A stretch of DNA of 63,071 nt, the filler included, from Stramenopiles sp. TOSAG23-3 (lineage: Eukaryota), in NCBI GenBank assembly GCA_900128585.1. It is 26 parts of 26 records of this genome, joined end to end, with 100 filler letters (N's around TTAATTAATTAA, not from the genome) between each part and the next. Parts side by side here need not be neighbours in the genome. Positions count along the whole stretch, not along the records: positions 1 to 2,353 come from LT644868.1; positions 2,454 to 4,804 come from LT644869.1; positions 4,905 to 7,253 come from LT644870.1; positions 7,354 to 9,701 come from LT644871.1; positions 9,802 to 12,149 come from LT644872.1; 21 more parts are not named here. One strand, written 5' to 3'. Positions 1-9,803 of the stretch are shown in pieces. Made by a program: the position numbers and the translations under genes. The stretch's first letter is position 1. Every line of letters begins with the position of its first letter. Below the pieces are notes generated by a model. The model was not told the DNA's origin. It saw only the letters and a list, made by a program, of their open reading frames with translations, and ran no database searches.

Positions 1-484
1 CTACGATATCGTATCATTCGACCCAGTTCCCAATTATAATCTTCAAAACTTCGTACCATCTCGTCTGGTGGTGTTCCATAATTAACTTGATCAAGTGGTT
101 GAGGACTATGCTGTGACTCCGATTTTTCATTATCCAGGCTGTTAGTAATTTCCATAGGAGGGCAGTGACTTGTTCTGTTTGTAGATTCTAATAAACTAAC
201 CCCTCTTTTTAAAACAAAATAATTTGTACGTATCTAGTAAAATGTGCTTATTTTTTAAACAAATCATGTGAGCTGTTAAATTTAGATAAGTTAATTTTGA
301 TGGTATACATGAATTAGTTTATTGATACTGGTCTAACTTTTATTATTCATAGCATTTATGATGCAAAACAGAAAACAAAAAAATAAAGGCATTTTTAGAT
401 ACCTTTTAGTTGTTTTTAACTTTTTAAGATTCTTTAAGCATAATTCCAACTTTTAGCTTTATCCGCTTCACCAATTTAACTGCT

Positions 485-2353
485 TCACCAATTTAACTGC
501 TTCACCACTGGGTCGTCTCTTTTAATTGCACTACGTTTACTGCCCCTTCTGGTCGGGCCTGCCGTTTGAGGCCTCCCCTTACCACCTCGCTTTGGTGTTC
601 TACCGTCGCTTTTCGTTTCAACGCCACCAGAAAATCCTCCCTTACCTCTTCTCATTGGGCCGGCGGTCTGGGGTCTTCCGTGTGCACCTTTTTTCCCATT
701 TTGTGAATGCTGATGATGGTTGTGGTGGTGGCGGTGGTGGTGGTGGTGGTGAGAATGGCTAGGGTCTTCGAATAATGCCAAACGTTCTTGCAACTCTTTC
801 TTGTGAAGGTCGGACATTCGCTGCATTCGAGCCATTTCCTGCAATTGAGACTCCAGCCTATTTCTGTCATGCAAAAGACGTCTATTTTCTTCGTCCCATT
901 TTTTCTCTGCCAACTGCTGTTTTTGGTCCATAGAACCAACGGTGTTTCGAGAATCATGGAGCCTTTTTGATAAAGCAGCCATTTGCTTTTTCAACGCCAT
1001 AAATTCCTCTCTGGCATAAATCAGTTTTGTCTCAACTTCAGTCGCGGTGTCTGCTTTTGCCTTCGCGTACTTCGCCTCTGCTTGCAATCGACCCTTTTCT
1101 TCTTCGTCCATTCGGTGTTTTAACATGTGAATAACCTCATTTTGTTCATGCATGTCTTCCATGGCTTCTCGGAGCTGACCGCGTAAGCTCTCAATGGATT
1201 CACCGCCATTTTGTTCGTGTGCTTTCTTCCGGTCTGCTTGCTCGTCAAACGCTCTTATCTTTTCCTGGGCCAGTATCAGCTCCTTCCTCATCTTGCTTTC
1301 CTTCATCTTCGCTTCGGCTTTCTCAATCATAATGTTTTCTTCTGTCTGCTCGGCGTCTAGAAGTTTATTCTCTAGATGTTTAATTTCTTCCATAAGCTCA
1401 CGTTCATTGGTCTTGTTTTCAACAACAGTGTTGTCATATTTGGCTTGGTACTCTTCTAATTCTTGGTTTAAAATCCTTGTCATTTCCTCCAACTGCGATA
1501 TTTTTCGCATAGACTTTTGCCCTAGGAGCTGCTCTTTAAGATGAAAGTCGGCTCGGAGCTGCTTATTATCCTGCCTCACCTTCGCTGCATTCTTCTCGGC
1601 CTCTTGCAAGGCTTCTGTCAAAAACTGCAGGACGTCTTCTCCCATTGCTACGTCCGGTTGACTGCCCTTACTGTTTGCCCTCAGCCGCTTAACTGCGTTG
1701 CTAGGCGAACCTGACGCAGCCGTTACCCCTTTTCCCGAATCTTCTTTTTTCGGTTTTAACTGTTTCAAGCGAGATTTATCGGTCTTTTCTGGGGCAAATT
1801 TTTGTCCAGGAAATTTAATTTTGTTCAACTTTCGGTCGGCTTCTTCGAGAGCAACTATTTCTTCATGGTGCTTTTTGTAAACTGAGGTATGGGCAAAGGT
1901 GCAATGAACATCATCCTTAGGATCGTACACGGGCAATTTTTCGGCTACAAAATTATGGTCCCAGCCACTTTCCAAGAAATACCTTTGCAGTCCTGATTCT
2001 GTGACAGAATCCCGCTTCATCGCTTCCGGTAGTCGCTTTTTGGACTCAACGACAATTTTTGAGCCCATGCGAATGCCGAGCACTGTATATCGCCAGGCGG
2101 CAAGACCTTTCACTATCAGCTTCTTTCGGGTTTTAAGCGCAACGCGCAGTACCATTTGTGTCCGTCGCAAATATAGTTGAACCTTCTCTTTCCAAGATTC
2201 TAAATACTTTTTCATCTCTCGCCGACGCCACTTTCTAACTGCCTTTTTCTCCATGTACATCAAGCGCTTTTTCGTGTGTACGTAAACAGTCCAAGATTGC
2301 AACGCCCGAGACTGCTCTTTGTGCTTGATTTTATTGCCCGCTCGACCAAGCTT
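485..2353 (-). CDS. Long coiled-coil protein with Sfi1-like Trp repeats at the N-terminal side and a His-rich tail (5' partial)
   Basis: Frame is open to the contig end; Trp residues 33 aa apart (RALQSW, KYLESW, GLAAW); E/K/Q-rich heptads; poly-His; RPQTAGP twice. Confidence 0.7.
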   Translation of the reverse strand, partial: KLGRAGNKIKHKEQSRALQSWTVYVHTKKRLMYMEKKAVRKWRRREMKKYLESWKEKVQLYLRRTQMVLRVALKTRKKLIVKGLAAWRYTVLGIRMGSKIVVESKKRLPEAMKRDSVTESGLQRYFLESGWDHNFVAEKLPVYDPKDDVHCTFAHTSVYKKHHEEIVALEEADRKLNKIKFPGQKFAPEKTDKSRLKQLKPKKEDSGKGVTAASGSPSNAVKRLRANSKGSQPDVAMGEDVLQFLTEALQEAEKNAAKVRQDNKQLRADFHLKEQLLGQKSMRKISQLEEMTRILNQELEEYQAKYDNTVVENKTNERELMEEIKHLENKLLDAEQTEENIMIEKAEAKMKESKMRKELILAQEKIRAFDEQADRKKAHEQNGGESIESLRGQLREAMEDMHEQNEVIHMLKHRMDEEEKGRLQAEAKYAKAKADTATEVETKLIYAREEFMALKKQMAALSKRLHDSRNTVGSMDQKQQLAEKKWDEENRRLLHDRNRLESQLQEMARMQRMSDLHKKELQERLALFEDPSHSHHHHHHRHHHNHHQHSQNGKKGAHGRPQTAGPMRRGKGGFSGGVETKSDGRTPKRGGKGRPQTAGPTRRGSKRSAIKRDDPVVKQLNW

Positions 2354-2453
2354 NNNNNNNNNNNNNNNNNNNNNNNNNNNNNNNNNNNNNNNNNNNNTTA
2401 ATTAATTAANNNNNNNNNNNNNNNNNNNNNNNNNNNNNNNNNNNNNNNNNNNN
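2354..2453. other. Artificial contig linker N44-TTAATTAATTAA-N44 (first of 25 copies; others start at 4805, 7254, 9702, 12150, 14598, 17044, 19489, 21928, 24362, 26795, 29227, 31654, 34081, 36504, 38926, 41347, 43766, 46185, 48602, 51019, 53434, 55849, 58258, 60666)
   Basis: Identical 100-bp spacer with stops in all six frames; the intervening segments are sorted by decreasing length from 2353 to 2306 bp. Confidence 0.98.
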
Positions 2454-2720
2454 GGGGGGGGGGGGAGGGAAAGGAACGAAGGAACAGAAATACTTTTCGA
2501 TCCAAACCAACTAAACTGTATATGATCTACAGTTACATATTCCTAGCCATTGTTTCGTTTCGTGTTCGAAACAATTGTGTATTATGTATACACAACCTCC
2601 TTGCCCTTCTTTTTGAACTTGAACTTTGGGGAGATGATATAGAAGAAGAATATAATAAAAAAAAAATAATAATAAAAAAATAATAATAATAATAATACGC
2701 CGCAGCAGCACGCCGCCGCT

Positions 2721-2746
2721 TTCTTTCTTTCGACTCTTTCTTCTTT

Positions 2747-2777
<31 letters not shown>

Positions 2778-2830
2778 TTTCGACTCTTTCTTTCTTTCTT
2801 TCTTTCTTTCCTTCTTTCTTTCTTTCTTTT
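2721..2830. repeat. (TTTC)n/(TTC)n low-complexity microsatellite
   Basis: Visible pyrimidine tandem repeats. Confidence 0.85.
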
Positions 2831-3056
2831 TGTATCGGAGTGTTTTTTTTGACCGGACTGGAAATGCCATTTATATCAACACAGCATACATTCTTCTAAT
2901 AATTCCTTATTGTTCGACTCTTTCTTTCTTTCGTAGACGGTTGTACCAAACCACAACGACGTTCATGGTAGCAAATGTGGTTTTACTCTGGTTGAATAGC
3001 AATACAAGTGCGAACAATAAACGATAGTGCGAGCAAGCAGGAAAGAATTCCTAGTG

Positions 3057-3222
3057 ACCAATCAAGGGATTGTTATTTGTGAGTTGAGGCTGTTATTTAA
3101 AAAACTCACACATAAAAATTGGCTGTTAATTTTAAGTAACCAAAAATAATATCTGTGCTCGTGTACCGCGAAATTGAATCTGCACCTTTTGTCAAATTAA
3201 AGGTTTACGTTCCTCCCAAGGT
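3057..3222 (-). repeat. Copy of the dispersed modular repeat family
   Basis: Contains AAGGGATTGTTATTTGTGAGTTG (also near 14117), AAATTGGCTGTTA, and GTACCGCG..GAATCTGC.CCTTTT..AAAGGTTT (also near 50266 and inverted at 50670-50720). Confidence 0.75.
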
Positions 3223-3320
3223 AGGAATTAGTTCAAATTTTGGCTTTAAGGGAGTATATGTTGGACGCTTGCCGCTGCTGGCATTGATCCTTCGGTGCCT
3301 CGAATGGTACTGTCGTAGGG

Positions 3321-3725
3321 TTACGATTGGGTTAATACATTAACCTTGGGAGTCGATTCCTCTTCCTGTTTCGCTTTCAATTGGGTGTATTTCCACACAC
3401 TCTTCCACCGCTCCTCCGCTTGTTTATGACCAGACCGTAGTAGGTCAAAAAAAGAATCGATTGCAGAGATATTGCCTTCTACTTTGTCCATAAAGTGGTC
3501 GTCCACATCGAGGTGTTTCTTTTCGAACTTATCCTTCAGAGGCTTCTTAACTTCCGACCAAATGCCGTACGCACTATACATGGCATGCCCTTTTCTGTCC
3601 TTGATGTCCACAATGTGCTTGTGTCGCAAAGATTTCTCAATAAAGGAAGTCAATTCTTCTTTGTCATGCTCGTCGTCGAATTCCAAGTCGTCTTTAATGT
3701 CGGCCCATGCAACGCAAACGTTAAA
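3321..3725 (-). CDS. Hypothetical protein, probably an exon or fragment
   Basis: Open frame of at least 121 aa with charged, protein-like composition inside AT-rich DNA; no clear ATG start. Confidence 0.45.
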   Translation of the reverse strand, partial: FNVCVAWADIKDDLEFDDEHDKEELTSFIEKSLRHKHIVDIKDRKGHAMYSAYGIWSEVKKPLKDKFEKKHLDVDDHFMDKVEGNISAIDSFFDLLRSGHKQAEERWKSVWKYTQLKAKQEEESTPKVNVLTQS

Positions 3726-3868
3726 AGAGAAAAGATAGCTGCTTGGTTTTAAAACGAAACTATATATATTATTCAGTAGTATTAAACAAACAGAACGTTT
3801 TGTCGTTTGTTTGTTGGTTGAAACTTTTTTGTTGTTTTGATTGAATTTGTGATTTGTGATTTTTTGTG

Positions 3869-4066
3869 CTTCTTCTTTATAATTTTCTTCTTCTTTTCTT
3901 CTTCTTCTTCTTCTTTCTTCTTTTTCTTCTTCTCTCTTTCTTTCTTTCTTTCTTCTTTCTTCTTTCTTTTTCTTCTTCTTTCTTCTTTCTTCTTTTTCTT
4001 CTTCTCTCTTTCTTTCTTCTTTCTTCTTTCTTCTTTCTTCTTTCTTCTTTCTTCTTTCTTCTTCTC
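3869..4066. repeat. (TTC)n/(TTTC)n microsatellite; a (TTTG)n tract follows at 4286-4341
   Basis: Visible tandem repeats. Confidence 0.9.
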
Positions 4067-4962
4067 AAACTTCAACAAAAAATAAGAGTTAAACAATAGG
4101 GTTAAGTTATAGAATCACACACATTTTAACCCTATTATGAACACTATTCATAATTTTTGGGAGGAGCGACTGAGTTGTGAGTGTTAGTTGGAATGTCCTG
4201 ACTCCTGAGTCCTGATCTGGATCTGATCTGAACGTTAGAGAGTATTAATATGATTGGTGATTTTGTTGTTTGAGAAAAACTTCTTTTTGTTTGTTTGTTT
4301 GTTTGTTTGTTTGTTTGTTTATTTGTATATTTGTTTGTTTGTGTGCGGTTTGTTATTTTGTTTTAAATTAAACCTAGGAGTTTCTATCCAACCCAAAATA
4401 GCTGGTAAACCAATGTATGGTTGATGTTTCATTTTGTTGAAAATGAGTAGATAGATAGGGGGGATGTTAGCTGTTAGAAGACTATAAAGAAGCAGCTTTC
4501 TTCTTCTTGTTCCTGCGCCATCCATGCCATGCCGTGCCGTGCATATTTAATAAATAGTAAAAAAAGAAGAAGTTTGAAGAAGAAGAAAGAAGGCTGTTAG
4601 GCTGTTATTAATCAATATAATAAGCTGGCAGAGAAGGGAGGGGAGGTGTTTTCGTTCTTTCCTTCTTTCTTCTATTACTTGGTATTAGTCTGGGACGACG
4701 ACGACGACACGGCGGAGGAGAGGAGAGATCTTCTTTTCTTTCTTTCTTCGTCTTGTTGCTCTTGCTGCCTTCATGTATTGATCGTTTCTTTTCTTTCTTT
4801 CTTTNNNNNNNNNNNNNNNNNNNNNNNNNNNNNNNNNNNNNNNNNNNNTTAATTAATTAANNNNNNNNNNNNNNNNNNNNNNNNNNNNNNNNNNNNNNNN
4901 NNNNGTTAAGAAAAAACAAATTATATCTCTGAGAGTAATATGTTTAATTCTAATATTTTTAG

Positions 4963-7139
4963 ACCGCTCAAAAAAGAAAGAAGTACAGCTGCCCCCTCGA
5001 AATGGTTGTCCACTTTGCCATGCCGGAACTTGGTCAGTGGCAACTTCACCCTTTTGTACGGCCTGCCCAGCAGGGACTTGGTCAAACATCACTGGAGCAG
5101 CAGAAAATACTTGCTTGATTTGCCCTGCCGGAAAATGGTCTGCTGATGGCTCCATGTCTTGCACGGCCTGCCCTACTGGGCGTTACCTTCTGGACCAGGG
5201 AACGGCGGCAAATTTGCACGACAACATCGGGAAATGTTTGCGTTGCCCAGCAGGGACTTGGTCAAACATCACTGGAGCAACAGAAAACACTTGCTTGATT
5301 TGCCCTGCCGGAAAATGGTCTACAGATACCTCCATGTCTTGCCCGGCCTGCCCCGGTGGGCGTTACCTGCCGGACCAGGGAACGGCAGCAAATTTGCACG
5401 ACAGCATCGAGAAATGTTTGCGTTGCCCTGCAGGGACTTGGTCACACACCACCGGGGCAACAGAAGAAGCAACATGCTCGTTGTTGGAGTGGAACTGTGC
5501 GTATACGAACGGTCATTTTGTACGAAACACGAACTGTACCATGTCCGACGAAGTTTACGTTTCAGGAGACTTGACAGTGATGGGGAAAGAGACGGTGTAC
5601 TCTACGCTGACGGCAGCGAGCGGGAAGAGACATTTTCGGATCCAAAGTGCGCCACATACACTGGTATTAAGATGGCTGAATATGACAGGCAGCCTAACTG
5701 GTTCGACAAGTGGTGGTATTTATCATCTCGGAACTGGTCGCTTGAACATATCCCATTGCGTCTTTTTCAAAAATCGTGCTCTTTGGAACAGTATTGTTTC
5801 GGCTAGCGGCCAATCCCCTTTATCTTCAGGTGTGTATAATGGTATTGCTGTCCCTGGACGAACTACTATGTTCCTCTCTTATGTTTTATTTAAATCCAAT
5901 ACTGTAACAAACGCAAATGGAGGTGGGCTGACCATATACTACGCAACACTCTATGGTGAATGGGTGACATTTGAAAATAATTCAGGTGTGAGTATATATG
6001 AAAATTCTGGTGGTGGGATGAAGATTTCTTCCAGTAACGCATCAATTATAGATTCCACTTTTAGAAGTAATTCAGGTGGTAGTTTTGGTGGTCTTTTGAT
6101 CTGGGGTGGTTCTGCTAATGGCCCTCGTGATCATGTCGAACTAACACGGGTCCAAATAATAGAAAATAAACAAAACATTGATGGGAAGTCAGAGGGTGGT
6201 GGTGGACTTTTTGTAAAGGGTAAAGTCACCTTGGACATTAGAGAATGTTCGTTCATACGAAACAAAGCAACAGCGACGCGCGGGCATCAAATCAGGACGG
6301 ATACTGGATATGGGGGTACTGCTCCATCCATCACAATTGTCAACACCAATTTCACAGGGATCGGGGGGCCTTACGACTTCTACGGCTACAATCAAACCGG
6401 CACGTACCAAAATGGCTATGCAGGCTCCGGCGAGGGGGCAGACAACTACATAAACCCATCGACTTGCGCTTCCAACCCTTGCTCTGTAACACCTTTTACA
6501 GGATCGTGCACAGAAAGAACCAACGCTTTGCATGGGACGCTTTGCCAGTACTCTTCGTGCCGTAGTAAAACATTTCTGAGTAGTAGTAGTAGTGTGTCAG
6601 AATCTACTCTACCACCCCCCCGTCTTAAATGTACTCCTTGGACGGTGTGCGGCAGCGGAACTTTTGCAAGTGCAGCAGGGTCCTCTAGTTCCAATCGTAT
6701 ATGTAGCTCTTGCGAGCACGGCACGTTCACAAATGCATCGAACCAAAATCATTGCTTGAACTGGACGGTATGCGCATATGGTGCTCTTGCCAATGGAAGT
6801 GCAAGTTCGGATAGAACTTGTGACGTAGCACCAGTGATGACGACCACCCCTATCAGCGAGACCACTAGCAGCAACGCCATATCTACCACGAGCGCGTCAA
6901 CAACCGCCGAGAACCTTTTGCCAACGACCACCCCCAGCAGCGCAGTCACCAACAGGAGCCCGTCTACGACTACTGGCAGCGGTGCTACAGCTAATACCAC
7001 AAGCTTGTCCAGGTCTACTACTACGAAGAAGACATCGCGATTTATCGACGATGAATTGGATGCTGGGGGAAGAACAGTCCCAAGTATTTTTTCATTCCAA
7101 TGCCTGGTGTTTGCTATGGCATTGACGTGGTCAGACTGA
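4963..7139 (+). CDS. Cell-surface protein with ephrin-receptor-like (GCC2/GCC3) Cys repeats, a pectin-lyase-like/Pmp beta-helix, TNFR-like Cys repeats, an S/T stalk and a probable GPI signal (5' partial)
   Basis: CxxCPAGxWS repeats; FxxN...GGG(L/M) repeats; CTPWTVC..G motifs; Thr-rich linker; hydrophobic C-terminus; frame begins after a TTTTTAG acceptor-like site at 4962. Confidence 0.8.
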
Positions 7140-7194
7140 GCATCTCCGCTTCATCATTAATTTAAAAAAAAAAAACAAGGATTGAGTCACCTAT

Positions 7195-7253
7195 GAGTGA
7201 GATATCGGATGAGGAAGTTGATTACGGTTCATTTGCAAGCATTGCTAATCCAG
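7195..7253 (+). repeat. Middle module of the dispersed repeat family
   Basis: GGATGAGGAAGTTGATTACGGTTCATTTGCAAGCATTGCTAATCC matches 50828-50872 and the inverted copy at 49264-49310. Confidence 0.85.
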
Positions 7254-7386
7254 NNNNNNNNNNNNNNNNNNNNNNNNNNNNNNNNNNNNNNNNNNNNTTA
7301 ATTAATTAANNNNNNNNNNNNNNNNNNNNNNNNNNNNNNNNNNNNNNNNNNNNCGGAAGGCTCGAACCGGCTTCCCGAACCTTTAC

Positions 7387-8115
7387 GTGGAAAATATGAG
7401 CGAGATTATCAATGGCATCGACATGGATTCCTCCTACACACCCGTTCCAAAACGCAAGTGCTCCGGCAAACATTACGCCGAGGAGGGAGAAAAGCGCGCT
7501 GCGCCAGTACCAACGTTCGACACAACGTCCTCGGAATGGCCGTCACTCGACAAAGACCTTTACATGAACGGGTTTGGGGACTGGATAGACATTTCACAAG
7601 AGTACGAGGACGAGTTCGGGGCGCCGGAGACGAATGGACTTGAAACACAAGATGGTAAGATGGGAGGTCTTGGTTTAGAAGAGGATGCGTGGGTCGATGT
7701 GACTGAAGGGGAGGAGAAACAGGGGGAGAATGGCAACAACTCAACTGGTCGGAACAAGCCCATGCCACTCTTCTCCGACATTGTGCGAAAGCAACAGAGG
7801 CTTGGAAAAAAGTGCCTGGTCGCATCGACTTTCCCGAAAGACCCTATTGTCTTGCTGAACATCCAGCGCAGCAAAAACTCGAAACTTATGCGCCACTACT
7901 GGGTCCAGAGGAGCGGAAACAGCGCGGAAAACATGCCCCGTGACGAGGGGGAAATATGTGAGTCCGGCGACGACCAGGGCGGGTGCTATTATCAACTGAA
8001 GCAGAATTGGCATGTCAAAAATAATCCTAGGAACTTTACAAAACAGTGCATCAAAAAAAAACAAAAGAACACACGCCATAGTCGAAGCAAGCGGAACAGA
8101 AGCGGTTCGGCATAA
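7387..8115 (+). CDS. Hypothetical protein
   Basis: 242-aa ORF, acidic N-half and basic C-tail, followed by an AT-rich spacer. Confidence 0.65.
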   Translation: MENMSEIINGIDMDSSYTPVPKRKCSGKHYAEEGEKRAAPVPTFDTTSSEWPSLDKDLYMNGFGDWIDISQEYEDEFGAPETNGLETQDGKMGGLGLEEDAWVDVTEGEEKQGENGNNSTGRNKPMPLFSDIVRKQQRLGKKCLVASTFPKDPIVLLNIQRSKNSKLMRHYWVQRSGNSAENMPRDEGEICESGDDQGGCYYQLKQNWHVKNNPRNFTKQCIKKKQKNTRHSRSKRNRSGSA

Positions 8116-8574
8116 CATAATGAGGGGCAGGCATTTCTTCAGGAGAGCTAATTAAAGTACGTGTAGTTGTACAGAATGGCAAGAGAGGTGTGGTGTATGT
8201 AATATCTTTAAAAAAATTAATTCAAAACAAAATTGAATGATTTAAAAAACAAGAAAATTGGCCGGAACTGTTATATTTTAAAAGTAAAATTAAAATTAAT
8301 GTACTGCGAACTGAAATCTAGATTGAGACATTCTATAAATGATTTTTTTATAACTTTAGTAGCCGCTTCTGAAGGCAAAAAGATGTTAAGTTCTTTACGA
8401 CTTTACGTAGAAATTACTACACATATAATAAATGGTAAAGATGTAAGATGAGACACACGGTGGTGTCCGTCAAAAAGTGTTAGGCCAGAAAGCATACACA
8501 TGCGTGTTCGTTTTCGTATCTTTAGAGCTTTATACAAAAAATGACGTCCTCCACACCCTCTTCTCGCGTCTCAT

Positions 8575-9699
8575 TTAAAGTATCTGTTGGCAGTTGTTCG
8601 CTTTCAGGTTCATTTTCCCATCGCCGTTTGGCCCCATAGGGTCAATTGTGAAATGGTTCGAGCCCCTGGATTCGAACCAGTCAATGTAATGCGAGTAAGT
8701 GTTTTTCCCGTTCAAAGTGATGTTATTCCAATTGCAACCATGACATATGCAGCTGGTAATCATTGCCCCATTCTTTTCGTTCTGCATCACAGAATTAAAA
8801 TCGGCCATGAACGATTTTCCATACGCAACGATAGCCGCTTTTTCCGAGTCCGTGCAAGCACTTTTTTCTCTCATGCAGGAAACTTGGAGAATGTTGTCCA
8901 TTTGCCATTGGTCAAACTTTGAGTTCAGCATGTAGAACGGTGTTTGGATAAAAGTGTGCATGTGCGGCGACATGAAGCAGTAATATGGCGTGCTCGGGTA
9001 CGCCTTCAAACACTCGCTCGTTAGCGCTGGGATTTTCAGGTTTTGCATGTGGTAAATGTAGTCCATCCATGCGGGGTACGACTGCGAGGTCCCTGCAAAA
9101 TTCTTGTGATCCAGAAAGTACCCAACGACAGGCATCGCCTTGGTGAATGCCAAGGGCGCCTCTCTACGAACACGCTCCGCGACATAATCGGCGTGCAAAA
9201 ACGTTGATAGGCCGCCAGCGCTGCCCCCGGTCAAAACCACCTGGGTCGCTTTCGCCATTCCCAGCTTTTGAAACGCATAATCGAGGGTGGCTTCCAGGTT
9301 TTTCCAACCTCGAAAGTAAAGCTTTTTGTTCCCTGGCGCTGGCCACGGGTCCTCCCGCAGCCCCGAGAAACTGGCACCGTCCCCGTATGGCATGTAAATG
9401 CAGTTGCAATCGCGGTCAATATCCCCGTTTTCCACGTTTACACAACCGCAGCTAGACGTTGTCGGGAAGAACTTGGAACTGCCGAGTCGGGTGAGGGAGC
9501 GCTCGTAGCACAACGTCTCGTTGTAGCACCAACCTCCTCCTTGGATTGAGATCGTCCAAAGCGTCGAGTTCGTTTTTGACGGAACGTGGTAGAACCCATA
9601 CGGTGTTCCATCCAGGCATGCAGCGCCTGTACTCATGTCCAGCAGCGTAAGGGGTGCCCTGCCAGTAGAGACGCCAATTTCAATGTCTGGGTTGGCGTC
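8575..9699 (-). CDS. Pectin acetylesterase / Notum-family carboxylesterase (5' partial)
   Basis: ACLDGTP.GFY, GGGWC, PYGDGASFSG, LYFRG, catalytic GGSAGG, QTPFY..NSKFD.WQ and SCICH motifs. Confidence 0.92.
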   Translation of the reverse strand, partial: DANPDIEIGVSTGRAPLTLLDMSTGAACLDGTPYGFYHVPSKTNSTLWTISIQGGGWCYNETLCYERSLTRLGSSKFFPTTSSCGCVNVENGDIDRDCNCIYMPYGDGASFSGLREDPWPAPGNKKLYFRGWKNLEATLDYAFQKLGMAKATQVVLTGGSAGGLSTFLHADYVAERVRREAPLAFTKAMPVVGYFLDHKNFAGTSQSYPAWMDYIYHMQNLKIPALTSECLKAYPSTPYYCFMSPHMHTFIQTPFYMLNSKFDQWQMDNILQVSCMREKSACTDSEKAAIVAYGKSFMADFNSVMQNEKNGAMITSCICHGCNWNNITLNGKNTYSHYIDWFESRGSNHFTIDPMGPNGDGKMNLKANNCQQIL

Positions 9700-9803
9700 C
9701 ANNNNNNNNNNNNNNNNNNNNNNNNNNNNNNNNNNNNNNNNNNNNTTAATTAATTAANNNNNNNNNNNNNNNNNNNNNNNNNNNNNNNNNNNNNNNNNNN
9801 NAC

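Noticed and set aside
2354-2453. TTAATTAATTAA as a regularly spaced biological repeat
   Set aside because: Always centred in N runs between length-sorted contigs; it is a six-frame-stop linker. ORFs ending in X..LIN or X..N are artefacts of it.
3782-4099. Lys/Glu/Arg- or Phe/Ser-rich ORFs (also 2511-2870, 53225-53489, 54090-54576)
   Set aside because: Translations of (AAG)n/(TTC)n microsatellites.
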